The position numbers were made by a program, and so were the translations under genes. The notes under the pieces are model-generated. The model searched no databases, was not told the DNA's origin, and saw only the letters and a list, made by a program, of their open reading frames with translations. Shown one piece after another: positions 19,966 through 29,257 of a stretch of DNA of 64,000 nucleotides (position 1 is its first letter; each line of letters starts with the position of its first letter). Source of the stretch: Myxococcota bacterium (GTDB lineage Bacteria; Myxococcota_A; UBA796; UBA2385); the NCBI GenBank assembly GCA_044344255.1, contig JBIJDH010000023.1, forward strand, positions 64,001-128,000. The letters are read 5' to 3'.

Positions 19966-20591
19966 GGTGGGCTCACCGTCCAGTCCTTCCCGCCGGCGGT
20001 CCAGCGGAGCCCGTCGGCCCCCCAGGTGAGGCCCCCGGCGCTGGGGACGGGGATGAAGCCCTCGGGGGGCTGGCCGGGCGGGTGGGGGACCCGCTCGACG
20101 CCGACGTTCGTGAGCTGGACCGCCGAGCCGGCGCCGGCCGCGACCTCGACCGCCCACAGGGAGGCGACGCCCGTGCAGCCCGAGACGAAGGCGAGCCGCC
20201 GCCCGTCGGGGGAGAAGGCCGGCCGATCGGAGGAGCAGGGCCAAGCGATCAGCGCGGCGGCGGGCGCCTCTCCCGTGAGGTCGAGGACCATGAGCTCGGT
20301 CTCGGCGCCGTCGCGGAGGCGGGGGTAAGCGAGGAGCCGGCTGTCGGGCGACCAGGCGAGCTCGGGGAGGACGTCGCGGTCGTCGTGGCGGGGCGCGTGC
20401 CCCTCCGACCCGCTCTCGACGCGGAGCGCGCCGCCTGCGGTCACCGCCGCGGTCCAGCGCCCATCCGGCGAGGCCGCCTCCCCCGCGGGGATGCCGTCCA
20501 GGGCGACGCCGGTGGGCGCAGGGTGGTCTGCGCAGGCGGGCAGGAGCGGGGCCCCGGCGAGGGCCAGGAGGAGCGGAGCGGAGCGGTACAT
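19962..20591 (-). CDS. TolB/PD40-repeat lipoprotein (partial propeller)
   Basis: LPAC lipobox; SPDGRW, AWSPDSRLLAY, PAFSPDGRRLAFVS. Confidence 0.78.
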   Translation of the reverse strand: MYRSAPLLLALAGAPLLPACADHPAPTGVALDGIPAGEAASPDGRWTAAVTAGGALRVESGSEGHAPRHDDRDVLPELAWSPDSRLLAYPRLRDGAETELMVLDLTGEAPAAALIAWPCSSDRPAFSPDGRRLAFVSGCTGVASLWAVEVAAGAGSAVQLTNVGVERVPHPPGQPPEGFIPVPSAGGLTWGADGLRWTAGGKDWTVSPP

Positions 20592-20638
20592 CGGTAGACC
20601 ATAACCGGCGGCGACGGCCGAACCGCGAGGAGGGACCC

Positions 20639-22135
20639 TCAAGAGCGGCGGGCGAGGTGGAGGGAGCCCCCGAGCAGGGGGCCGTGATCGCTCCAGCCCC
20701 CTTGCGCCTCGAGGCCGATCCGCCACCAGGGGGTGGGCGCGAAGTCCCAGCCCGCCCGCCCGAGGCCGCCGGTCGCGTAGGGGACCACCGCCAGCAGCGC
20801 CAGCCCCGCCCAGGGCCCCCCCTCGGCGCTCCCGGCGCGGAGGCCCAGGCTGGCCGGATAGACATGGGTGTCTACCCAGCCGGGATAGAGATAATAGGGC
20901 TGGCCGGTGCGCATCGCGCCCAGGCGGAGCTCAACCGAGAGCGGGGGCCGCAGCCGATAGAGCGCCTGAACCTCGAAGACGACGTGGTGACGGGGCTCGA
21001 GATAGAGGTAGCCGAGGCCGGCTCCCAGTCGGAAGCGCTGGGGGCCAGGGGCCTCGGACAGGATCGCCACCCCAGGGCCGGGGTGGACGAAACGACGCCG
21101 CTCGACGTCGAGCCAGAGGGGCGACAGGGCCCAGGCGCTCCCGTCCGGGGCCTCGAGGCGCTCGCCGGGGGTGGCCTCGGCGGCGCTGGAAGGCAGCGGG
21201 CGGAGGTGGACGAAGCGGACCCAGCGGAGGCCGTTCGCCGCGCCCCAGTCGGCGAGGGTCTCGGCCACCGCCGCTGGGGGCTCCTGCCCGCGGAGGGCCC
21301 CGAGCACGGCGGCCTCGAGGGCGGCGGCGCCGTCATCCCCGTGGAGCTCGGCGGTGACGGAGAGGCGGGCGCCGGCGGGGGCCTGGAGCTCGGCGGTCCA
21401 GGCGGTGCGGCGGCCGGGGCGCTCCGCGCTCAGGCGGTGCCAGCCGGGGCGGAGCTCGATGGGGCCTGCCTCCACGCGGTGACCGTCGACGAAGAGCCTT
21501 GCGTCTTCGACGTCGGCGCCGAGCTCGACGACGGCCGGCGCCCCACCCTCGGCCGCGAGCTCGAGGTAGCGGGAGAGGGTGGCGGGGGAGAGGGGCGGCA
21601 GGTCGGTCGCGCGACCGCCGGTGGAGGCGGCCGCGGCCCGGAGATCGGCGTCGGCGCCGACGAGGTCTCCGGCGGCCCGACGTCGGTCGGCGAGCAGGAG
21701 GAGGATGCGGGCGGGCTCCTCGTCATCGGTGGTGAAGGGCAGCGCGCGGAGGGCCTCCCGGGCCTCAAACAAGGCCCCGATCGCAGGCGCGCGGTCGAGG
21801 CCCTCGAGGCCCTCGAGGCCATCGAGGACCTGGAGGGCCGCGGCATACCGTGCGCTCGCCGCCGCGCCCGCCGGCCCGGCCGCCGCGACCGTGTCGAAGT
21901 CGAGCAGGGGCGCCCCCCCCTCCGCGCTGGCCGCCGCGATCGCCGACCGGGCGGCGGGGCAGCCTCCTGGCTCATCGCAGAGGAGGACCGACACCGCCCG
22001 CGCCCCCAAGGGCACCTCCTCCATCGGCTGCGCGGAGGCCGGCGCAGCCCCGAGGCCGAGGGCGGCGAGGAGCAGCGCGGCCGAGGGCCGGCGGGGGGTG
22101 AGAGAGGGAGAGAGCGGGGGGGAGAGGTGGGCCAT
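20639..22135 (-). CDS. Secreted PEGA-like protein with putative C-terminal beta-barrel (paralogue 2)
   Basis: Signal peptide; DVEDARLFVDG..LRPGWHRL; shares motifs with 14865-16388. Confidence 0.7.
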   Translation of the reverse strand: MAHLSPPLSPSLTPRRPSAALLLAALGLGAAPASAQPMEEVPLGARAVSVLLCDEPGGCPAARSAIAAASAEGGAPLLDFDTVAAAGPAGAAASARYAAALQVLDGLEGLEGLDRAPAIGALFEAREALRALPFTTDDEEPARILLLLADRRRAAGDLVGADADLRAAAASTGGRATDLPPLSPATLSRYLELAAEGGAPAVVELGADVEDARLFVDGHRVEAGPIELRPGWHRLSAERPGRRTAWTAELQAPAGARLSVTAELHGDDGAAALEAAVLGALRGQEPPAAVAETLADWGAANGLRWVRFVHLRPLPSSAAEATPGERLEAPDGSAWALSPLWLDVERRRFVHPGPGVAILSEAPGPQRFRLGAGLGYLYLEPRHHVVFEVQALYRLRPPLSVELRLGAMRTGQPYYLYPGWVDTHVYPASLGLRAGSAEGGPWAGLALLAVVPYATGGLGRAGWDFAPTPWWRIGLEAQGGWSDHGPLLGGSLHLARRS

Positions 22136-22171
22136 TCCCCCGCCGGTAACACCCTCGACTATACTCCTGCT

Positions 22172-23173
22172 GTGCTGAACACCCTCCTCCCGCTGCTCTT
22201 GGCCTCCGCCCCGCTCCGGGCCGAGGTGCTCTCGGCCCCCGAGCCGGGTCGGCCGGAGCTGACGCTGCTGGTCTGTCCGAGCCCGATCACCTGCCCGGAG
22301 GCGCTGATGTGGGTCGACAACCAGGGCGGCCTCGGCGGGGAGGGGCTGCTGCTGCTCGACGCTGTCCTCGAGCTCGACACCGGCGAGTGGGAGGACGGAG
22401 AGGACAAGGCCCTTCGCTTCCGGGAGTCGCTGGCGGCCGCGCGCGCCGAGCTCCAGGCGGGGCGCCCCGCGCTCGCCGAGGGGGCGCTGAGCGAGGCCGA
22501 GTCGACGCTCTCACGCTGGTCGGGCACCGCGACCTCCGCCGAGCTCACCGAGGTCGCCTGGCTGCGGGGGGCGCTCGAGCTCGTCTGGGAGCAGGACCCC
22601 GGCCCCGCCTTTCGACAGGCGGCGGTGTGGGCCTGGAACCAGCCCTTCGAGCCCCCGCTCTCCGAGCCCACCGCGCTCCGTCGCTGGGGAGAGGCCGAGC
22701 GCGCCCTCGCCGTGGAGCCCCCCGGCCGCCTCCGCCTCCGCGCCGGCCTCCCGGGCACCGTCTATGCCCTCGACGGCGTCACCCTCGGCCCCGGCCCGGT
22801 CGAGGTCAGCCTGCCCGCGGGCCTCCACCGGGTCACGGCCTGGCAGGAGCACACGGCCATCCGCTGGGCCGCCTCGCTGGCGGTCGAGCCCGGCGCGCTC
22901 ACCGAGTCCGCCGCCCGCTTCTCCCGGGTGGCCGATCCCCAGTGGGTCTCCGACCAGATCGAGGCCGCCATCCGCGGCCAACCCCTCCCGGACCCCGTCT
23001 CCGAGCTGCTCGCCGAGTGGTGTACCCGCCACGGCGTGCGCCGCCTCCGCCTCGCGGTGGCCGATCCGGTGCGCCCCGACGAGCTCGAGGGGCGGGACCC
23101 GAGCCTCGGGATGAGCCCCTATCGCCTGCGACAGGTCTCCTTCGATCCCCGCCAGCGCAGCCTCTCTCCCTGA
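22172..23173 (+). CDS. Secreted PEGA-like protein lacking the barrel (paralogue 3)
   Basis: GTG start VLNTLLPLLLASAPLRA signal; PGTVYALDG..LPAGLHRV; shared LLVCxxPxxC motif. Confidence 0.68.
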   Translation: MLNTLLPLLLASAPLRAEVLSAPEPGRPELTLLVCPSPITCPEALMWVDNQGGLGGEGLLLLDAVLELDTGEWEDGEDKALRFRESLAAARAELQAGRPALAEGALSEAESTLSRWSGTATSAELTEVAWLRGALELVWEQDPGPAFRQAAVWAWNQPFEPPLSEPTALRRWGEAERALAVEPPGRLRLRAGLPGTVYALDGVTLGPGPVEVSLPAGLHRVTAWQEHTAIRWAASLAVEPGALTESAARFSRVADPQWVSDQIEAAIRGQPLPDPVSELLAEWCTRHGVRRLRLAVADPVRPDELEGRDPSLGMSPYRLRQVSFDPRQRSLSP

Positions 23174-23203
23174 GCCCACCCTGTCGGTCCCGCGGAGCCC
23201 CCC

Positions 23204-25129
23204 ATGCTGCGTCGCCCCACCTCGTCCCTCGTGTCCCCTGTGCCGCTGTCTGTCCCGCTGTCTGTCCTGTTGTCAGTCGGGGCGCCGCTCGTCGGAGGCG
23301 CGCTCGGCTGCTCGGACTATGAGCTGCAGGGCAAGTCCGAGGCCGAGCCCGGCGCCAGCCTCGAGGACTGCCGCACAGACCCCCCCGAGGCGGCGGCCGT
23401 GCTGATCGACGAGGCCTGCGTCCGGGTCGAGGCGCCCGTCGGCGGGACGCCCACGGTCGAGTGGCAGTGGGCCACCTCGGTCGGAAACCCCGGCTACGAC
23501 GACGTGATGATGATGCCGGCCGTCGGCGATGTCGATGGGGACGGCACACCCGAGGTGGTGGTCACGAGCTACGCTGGCGCCGCCTATGGCTCGGCGGGCC
23601 TGCTCACCGTGCTGCGCGGAGACGGCTCGGGGGAGCTCCTGAGCGCCCTCTCGATCGGCGGCTACGCGCCCTTCGCCTCGAGCGGCGTCGCCCTCGGCGA
23701 CATCGACGCCGACGGCGTGGTCGAGATCGTGCTCTACAGCGCCGACGGGCGCGTCCTGGCAGCGCACGCCGACGGCACCCTCCTCTGGGCCTCGGAGGCG
23801 CGCTCGGGCGACTGGCTGTCGTATGGTTACCCCTCCCTCGCAGACCTCGACGGCGACGGCCTCGCCGAGGTGGTGGCCGGCCGGGTGATCCTCGATCACA
23901 CTGGCGTGGTCGTGGGGGTGGGGGCCTATGGATACGGAGGCTCCTATTCGATCCCGGTCGTGGCCGACCTCGACCTCGACGGCCAGCAGGAGGTGATCGT
24001 CGGCAACGCCGCCTATCGGCGCGACGGGAGCGCGATCTGGTCCAATTCCCTCCCCGACGGCTGGCCCGCCGTGGGTGACTTCGACCACGACGGGCGCGGG
24101 GAGGTGGTCACCGTCTATGGGGGCTCGGTCTATCTCAGCGACGATGACGGCACGCTGCTCTGGGGCCCGATGGTGGTGCCCGGGGGCGGCGGCGGTCCGC
24201 CCACGGTGGCCGACTTCGACGGCGACGGCGAGCCCGAGGTGGGGGTGGCCGGGCTCAGCGGCTACGCGGTCTATGACACCGACGGCAGCACGCTCTGGAC
24301 CGCCGTCACCACCGACGCCTCCTCCGCCCAGACCGGCTCCGCCGTCTTTGACTTCGAGGGCGACGGCGCGGCTGAGGTGGTCTATGCCGATGAGCTCGTG
24401 CTCTGGGTCTATGACGGGGCCACCGGCGCTCCGCTGGTGGCGGACGACCGCCACAGCTCCTGGACCCTCTTCGAGTACCCGGTGATCGCTGACGTCGACG
24501 CCGACGGCGACGCCGAGATCGTGCTCGCCAGCAATGACTCAATCGGCGAGGGCTGGCAGGGTGTCACCGTGCTCGGCGCCGGAGAGGGCGGGGCCTGGGC
24601 GCCCACCACCCCCACCTGGAATGAGCACGGCTACTCGATCAGCAACATCGAGGACGACCTCTCGATCCCCGCCCACCCCACCATGAACTGGCTGAGCGGC
24701 CACAATTCCTTTCGGGCCGGCGGCCTCCGTGACGGCGTGGGCATCCCGGCGATCGACCTCCTCGCCACCCTCGCCGACGCCTGCTGGGTCTGTGAGGACG
24801 AAGCGGGCAACAGCGAGGTCGAGCTCGCCGTGCGGGTGGGCAACCAGGGCACCGGCCCGGCCGGCGAGAGCGCGCTGTCCGTCTATCTCCACGAGGAGAA
24901 CGGCGACGTCACCCTGCTCGGCGTCGAGACGATGCCCGCGGTGGAGGCCGGCGCCGAGAGCCCGGCCCTCACCCTGCGCTACACGCTCCCCCCGGCGGCG
25001 GCGGTGCGCGAGGTCTCGGTGCGGGTCGATGATCCCGGCACCGTGGCGGCGGGGCCGACCACCGGCCTCCTCGAAGAGTGTGATGAGGAGAACAACCGTG
25101 TGAGCACGGCGCCCACCGACTGCCGCTGA
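23204..25129 (+). CDS. FG-GAP/VCBS-repeat lipoprotein with C-terminal CARDB-like domain
   Basis: ALGC lipobox; PxVADLDGDGxxEVV repeats; VRVGNQG...ECDEENN CARDB signature. Confidence 0.85.
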   Translation: MLRRPTSSLVSPVPLSVPLSVLLSVGAPLVGGALGCSDYELQGKSEAEPGASLEDCRTDPPEAAAVLIDEACVRVEAPVGGTPTVEWQWATSVGNPGYDDVMMMPAVGDVDGDGTPEVVVTSYAGAAYGSAGLLTVLRGDGSGELLSALSIGGYAPFASSGVALGDIDADGVVEIVLYSADGRVLAAHADGTLLWASEARSGDWLSYGYPSLADLDGDGLAEVVAGRVILDHTGVVVGVGAYGYGGSYSIPVVADLDLDGQQEVIVGNAAYRRDGSAIWSNSLPDGWPAVGDFDHDGRGEVVTVYGGSVYLSDDDGTLLWGPMVVPGGGGGPPTVADFDGDGEPEVGVAGLSGYAVYDTDGSTLWTAVTTDASSAQTGSAVFDFEGDGAAEVVYADELVLWVYDGATGAPLVADDRHSSWTLFEYPVIADVDADGDAEIVLASNDSIGEGWQGVTVLGAGEGGAWAPTTPTWNEHGYSISNIEDDLSIPAHPTMNWLSGHNSFRAGGLRDGVGIPAIDLLATLADACWVCEDEAGNSEVELAVRVGNQGTGPAGESALSVYLHEENGDVTLLGVETMPAVEAGAESPALTLRYTLPPAAAVREVSVRVDDPGTVAAGPTTGLLEECDEENNRVSTAPTDCR

Positions 25130-25173
25130 GGGGCCCTTCGCCCGGGGAGCGGTCCTGCGTTATCGCCCGCGCC

Positions 25174-25719
25174 ATGAACGAGCTCACCGCCCGCCTCGCC
25201 CCGCTGACCGTCCTCGACCTCGACGGCGCGGCCGTGCCCTTGGGCTCGCTCTGGGCCGAGCGGGGCGTCGTCTTCGTCTGGCTGCGTCACTACGGCTGAA
25301 CGTTCTGTCGCGAGCAGGCTGCTCGTTTCGGCTCCCGCGCCTCGGAGATCCGGGCCCAGGGCGCGGAGCTCGTCTTCATCGGCAACGGCACACCCCTGAT
25401 GGCGCGCGACTTCCAGGAGACCACCGGGGTCCAGGGCCGGCTGTTCACCGACCCCTCCCGCGCCACCTACGCGGCGATGGGCGCGAAGAGCGGCGCCCTC
25501 CGCCTGCTGGACCCTCGGGTGCTCCTCGCCGGTGCCCGCTCCTTCCGCGAGGGCCACGGCCAGACCGCGGTGAAGGGCGACCCCTTCCAGCTCGGCGGCG
25601 AGCTCGTCGTGCGGGCAGGGGGCGCCGTCGCCTTCGTGCATCACTCGGCCTTCGCGGGCGACCACGCGGACGTCGAGCCGGTGCTCCGCGCGCTGGTGGG
25701 CGGCGCCGCGGCCGGGTAG
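25174..25719 (+). CDS. AhpC/TSA-like peroxiredoxin-like selenoprotein (UxxC); TGA 25297-25299 read as Sec42
   Basis: ATG 25174, VLDLDGAAVPLGSLW...FVWLRHYG-TGA-TFCREQA, in frame with FTDPSRATY..G and GDPFQLGG; hairpin immediately downstream of the TGA. Confidence 0.85.
25300..25325 (+). promoter_or_regulatory. Putative bacterial SECIS element
   Basis: Stem CGAGCA/TGCTCG (25311-25325) with GGC loop starting 17 nt after the UGA. Confidence 0.7.
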
Positions 25720-25755
25720 GCAGGCTCCATCGGCCCCGCCGGGCCAAGGAGCCTC

Positions 25756-26457
25756 ATGCGCACGCTCTCGATCGACATCTGGTCCGACGTCGTCTGCCCC
25801 TGGTGCTACATCGGTAAGCGCCGCATCGAGGGCGCCCTCGCCAGCTTCCCGCATAAGGACGCGGTGCAGGTGCGCTGGCACGCCTTCGAGCTCGACCCCT
25901 CCGCCCCGAAGAACAGCGGCACGCCGGTGCGGGAGATGCTGGCCCGGAAGTACCGGATGGGCCCCACCCAGGTCCAAGCCATGCAGGACCGCGTGGAGGG
26001 TGTGGCGGCCGAGGTGGGCGTCCAGATGCACATCGAGCGCACCGCCGTCGAGAACACCTTCGACGCCCACCGCCTCATCGCCCACGCAGGCGAGCAGGGC
26101 CTCGGGGGCGTGATGAAGGAGCGCCTGCTCGCGGCCTACTTCACCGAGGGGCGTCGTATCGGTGATCACGCCGTGCTGGCCGCGCTCGCCGCCGAGGTGG
26201 GGGTGACCGGCGCCGCTGAGGCCTTGGGAGACCCCGCCGCCTTCTCCGCCGCCGTGCGCAAGGACGAGGCGGAGGCCCGCGAGCTCGGCATCACCGGGGT
26301 GCCCTTCTTCGTGATCGACGGCCGCTTCGGCATCTCCGGCGGGCAGCCCGAGGCGGTCTTCCGCGGCGCCCTCGACCGCGCCTGGGCCGAGGGCGCACAG
26401 GAGGAGACGGCCGCTGGCCCCGCCTGTGACGCCGACGGCTGCGCCCTCCCCAAGTGA
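25756..26457 (+). CDS. DsbA-family (FrnE-like) oxidoreductase
   Basis: WSDVVCPWCYIGKRR, NTFDAHRL, GITGVPFFVID, SGGQP; AGGAG RBS. Confidence 0.92.
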   Translation: MRTLSIDIWSDVVCPWCYIGKRRIEGALASFPHKDAVQVRWHAFELDPSAPKNSGTPVREMLARKYRMGPTQVQAMQDRVEGVAAEVGVQMHIERTAVENTFDAHRLIAHAGEQGLGGVMKERLLAAYFTEGRRIGDHAVLAALAAEVGVTGAAEALGDPAAFSAAVRKDEAEARELGITGVPFFVIDGRFGISGGQPEAVFRGALDRAWAEGAQEETAAGPACDADGCALPK

Positions 26458-26482
26458 GGGCTGGGCCCCACGTCACGCGCCG

Positions 26483-29155
26483 TCACGCCTGCGAGGTCCG
26501 CGTGACACCTTGGCCGGAGGGCCCCGCCTCGGGCAGGCGGTGGCAGCCCCGGAGGCCGCCGACGGCGTAGCGGTGGTGCGCCCCGACCTGCACGCGGTCG
26601 GCGGAGCGGGCGTCAGTGGCGAGGGTCATCCAGGCGCCGCCGCGCACCACGCGGCGCACGGAGAGGACGTGGTCGGGAGAGGGATCGGGCTCGCCCACCC
26701 GCTCCTCGCGGACGCAGGTGAGGGGCTGATCGTAGGCGTTCTCGATCCAGTCCCGCGCGTTTCCGGCCATCCCGCGCACGCCGAAGGGGCTCCAGTCGAC
26801 CGGGAAGGTGTCCACCTGGGCGGGCAGGGGCCTGCCCTGAGAGGACTCGCCGGTGCAGCACCAGGAGGGGTCGAAGTGATTGCCCCAGGGATACCAGCGC
26901 CCGTCGACGCCGCGGGCGGCCTTCTCCCACTCGAGCTCGCCGGGGAGCCGCCAGGGCCGCCCGCTCCGCGCGGCCCGCCAGGCCATGTAGGCGCGCGCCC
27001 CGGCCCAGTTCACGTAGAGGACGGGCCAGTCGGGGTGCCACTCGTCACCGTCGGCGTCGGGGCGGAGGGAGAAGCGCCCTTCCTGATAGCCGTAGATCAG
27101 CGCGCCGGTGTCCTCCCCTTCGCTGCTCGCCCGCTCCCTCGGCGCGTGGCGGAGCGCCTCGGCCTCTCGACCGTGCGCGACGAGGTCGTCGAGGAAGGGG
27201 ATGAATTCGCGGTTCGTGACCGGGAAGCGGTCGATGATGAAGGCGTCGCACCACAGGCGCAGTGCGGGGAGGCAGTCGATGGCGTGCGGATCTCCGCCGA
27301 CCCTGAACCACCCGCTCGGGACATAGACCTGGCGGGGTCCGAGCCAGCCCTGTGGGGGGAGCCAGATCGGGTGAGGCGATCGCTCGCCTGGCGCGACGCC
27401 ATTCCAGTGCCCCTGCCGGGTGACCTCCACCGGATAGGCCACCTCCTCACAGGCGGGGTGACGGATACGGCAGAGGTAGCTCCCCATCGGGAGCTCCACG
27501 GCGTGCAGGGGCGTCTCTCCGAGCGGGCGCACGAGGACCTCCACCATCCGCCGGTTGTGTTCGACGTATCGATAGAGGTGGACGGTGGCCCCGGGCGGGT
27601 CGGTGACGAGGGTGAGGGCGCCGTCTCCTCGGAGGTAGGCGGTGAGCGCCCGCCGGACCGGGTGGGCCTCGGGCAGTGCGGCGGTGTGGGTCTCGAGGAG
27701 AGACTGCGCCTCGGCGGAGGCCCGCCGGTCGCGGCGGCCCTCGGCCTCGGCGTGGCGGTCGCGGTAGCGCTGGGCCAGCGCGGCGTGGGCGAGCGCGAGG
27801 TCGGGGGCGATGCGCAAGGCGCCCTGCAGGCCCTGGTCGACCGCGAGCTGGCGGAGGTGGGCGGAGAGCTCGGCGGCCTCGGCCTCGCTGCTGCGGGCCC
27901 AGGCGGGGGCCTTCCGTTCTTCGGGCTCCCAGGGGGCCACGTCGCGGAGGAGGGCGGCGGCCTCCGCGCGCAGGTCGACGGCGCGGCGCACCATGCGCTC
28001 GGCTTCGGCGATCGACTGGAGGGCGGCCTCGGCGAGCCGAGTGGCCTGCTCCTCGCGGTGGGCCCCGTCGAGCCAGGACTGGAGGGCCTCGGCGAAGACA
28101 TCGACCCTCGGTGGGCGATCGGCGGGTTCGCGGGCCATCGCCCGCTCGCACAGGTCCACGAGCTCTGCCGGCGGCGGCGGGGCGCCCTGCGCGGAGATGA
28201 GCGGCGGCGGGGGGCCCTGGCGGACGGCGGCGAGGGCCGTGGCGCCGTCTCCGCCGTAGGGCGGGCCGCCGGAGAGGATCTCGTAGAGGATGGCCCCGAG
28301 GGAGTAGAGGTCGCTCCGGTGGTCTATCCAGTCATTTTCGCCGCGTGCCTGCTCGGGCGACATGTAGGCCGGCGTGCCCACCACCTGTCCGACGTGGGTG
28401 CCGCCCTGCGCGAGCCGTGAAGCGCGCAGGGGCGGTCGGTCGACCGGCTCGGGCTCGGGCTCGACCTCGCCTCCGCCGTGGAGCTTGGCGAGCCCCCAGT
28501 CGAGGACGTAGACCTCGCCGTGCGCCCCCACCATCGCGTTCGCAGGCTTGAGGTCTCGGTGGAGGACGCCGCGCTCGTGGGCGTAGGCGACCGCGTGACA
28601 GGTGAGCTGAAAGGCGGCGATCAGGCGGCGGAAGGTCCAGCCGGAGGGGCCCGCTCCCCACTCTCCGGCGGAGGCCTCGTGCACCTCGCGGATGACCTCC
28701 CCGAAGGTGCGGCCGCGCACCTCCTTCATCGTGAACCACACGCGACCGTCCGGTAGGCGACCGATGTCGTGGACGGGGACGATGCCGGGGTGCTGGAGCT
28801 GGGCGGTGGCCCGCGCCTCCTCGACGAAGCGCTCGAGCGCCGTTGTGCGCTGGGCCAGGGGGGCGCGGATGATCTTCATGGCGAGGACCCGGTCCAGGGC
28901 CACGTCTCGCACGCGGCGCACCTCACCCATCCCCCCCGCGCCGAGCGGGCCGAGGTCTTCGTAGCGGCCGGCGATCGGCACGACCGGGGACGCGGTGGGC
29001 GCCGCCGCGGGAGCGTGCGGGCCGATCCAGGTCTCGGCCCCCTCCTGGTCTCGGCCGAGGGCCCACCGCCGGTCGACGTCGAAGGGGCCGTCGGGATCGA
29101 CGCGCTCGGAGGGCGAGGCGGGGCGGCTTTCGGGGTCGGTCGGGGTCGAGTTCAC
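26483..29155 (-). CDS. Ser/Thr protein kinase fused to a C-terminal FGE-sulfatase (SUMF1) domain
   Basis: LGAGGMGEV, HRDLKPAN, DWGLAK, GTPAYMSPEQ; PVTNREF, RLPGELEWEKAARG, GMAGNARDW, VVRGGAW. Start uncertain (GTG 29155 used). Confidence 0.9.
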   Translation of the reverse strand: MNSTPTDPESRPASPSERVDPDGPFDVDRRWALGRDQEGAETWIGPHAPAAAPTASPVVPIAGRYEDLGPLGAGGMGEVRRVRDVALDRVLAMKIIRAPLAQRTTALERFVEEARATAQLQHPGIVPVHDIGRLPDGRVWFTMKEVRGRTFGEVIREVHEASAGEWGAGPSGWTFRRLIAAFQLTCHAVAYAHERGVLHRDLKPANAMVGAHGEVYVLDWGLAKLHGGGEVEPEPEPVDRPPLRASRLAQGGTHVGQVVGTPAYMSPEQARGENDWIDHRSDLYSLGAILYEILSGGPPYGGDGATALAAVRQGPPPPLISAQGAPPPPAELVDLCERAMAREPADRPPRVDVFAEALQSWLDGAHREEQATRLAEAALQSIAEAERMVRRAVDLRAEAAALLRDVAPWEPEERKAPAWARSSEAEAAELSAHLRQLAVDQGLQGALRIAPDLALAHAALAQRYRDRHAEAEGRRDRRASAEAQSLLETHTAALPEAHPVRRALTAYLRGDGALTLVTDPPGATVHLYRYVEHNRRMVEVLVRPLGETPLHAVELPMGSYLCRIRHPACEEVAYPVEVTRQGHWNGVAPGERSPHPIWLPPQGWLGPRQVYVPSGWFRVGGDPHAIDCLPALRLWCDAFIIDRFPVTNREFIPFLDDLVAHGREAEALRHAPRERASSEGEDTGALIYGYQEGRFSLRPDADGDEWHPDWPVLYVNWAGARAYMAWRAARSGRPWRLPGELEWEKAARGVDGRWYPWGNHFDPSWCCTGESSQGRPLPAQVDTFPVDWSPFGVRGMAGNARDWIENAYDQPLTCVREERVGEPDPSPDHVLSVRRVVRGGAWMTLATDARSADRVQVGAHHRYAVGGLRGCHRLPEAGPSGQGVTRTSQA

Positions 29156-29257
29156 GCGCGCTCCGGAGCTGGCGATTGTAACCGCCGGTCCAGGGACAGC
29201 GCCTCGCGATGCCACCGCGGACGGGGCATCCTCCTCGGCGTGCACCTGCGCGGCGCC

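Noticed and set aside
25297..25299. In-frame TGA as a nonsense mutation (pseudogene)
   Set aside because: It sits exactly at the redox Cys position and is followed by a SECIS-like hairpin, so Sec is the better explanation.
26483..26700. DGR variable region at the end of the FGE-sulfatase domain
   Set aside because: No template repeat or reverse transcriptase was seen in the window.
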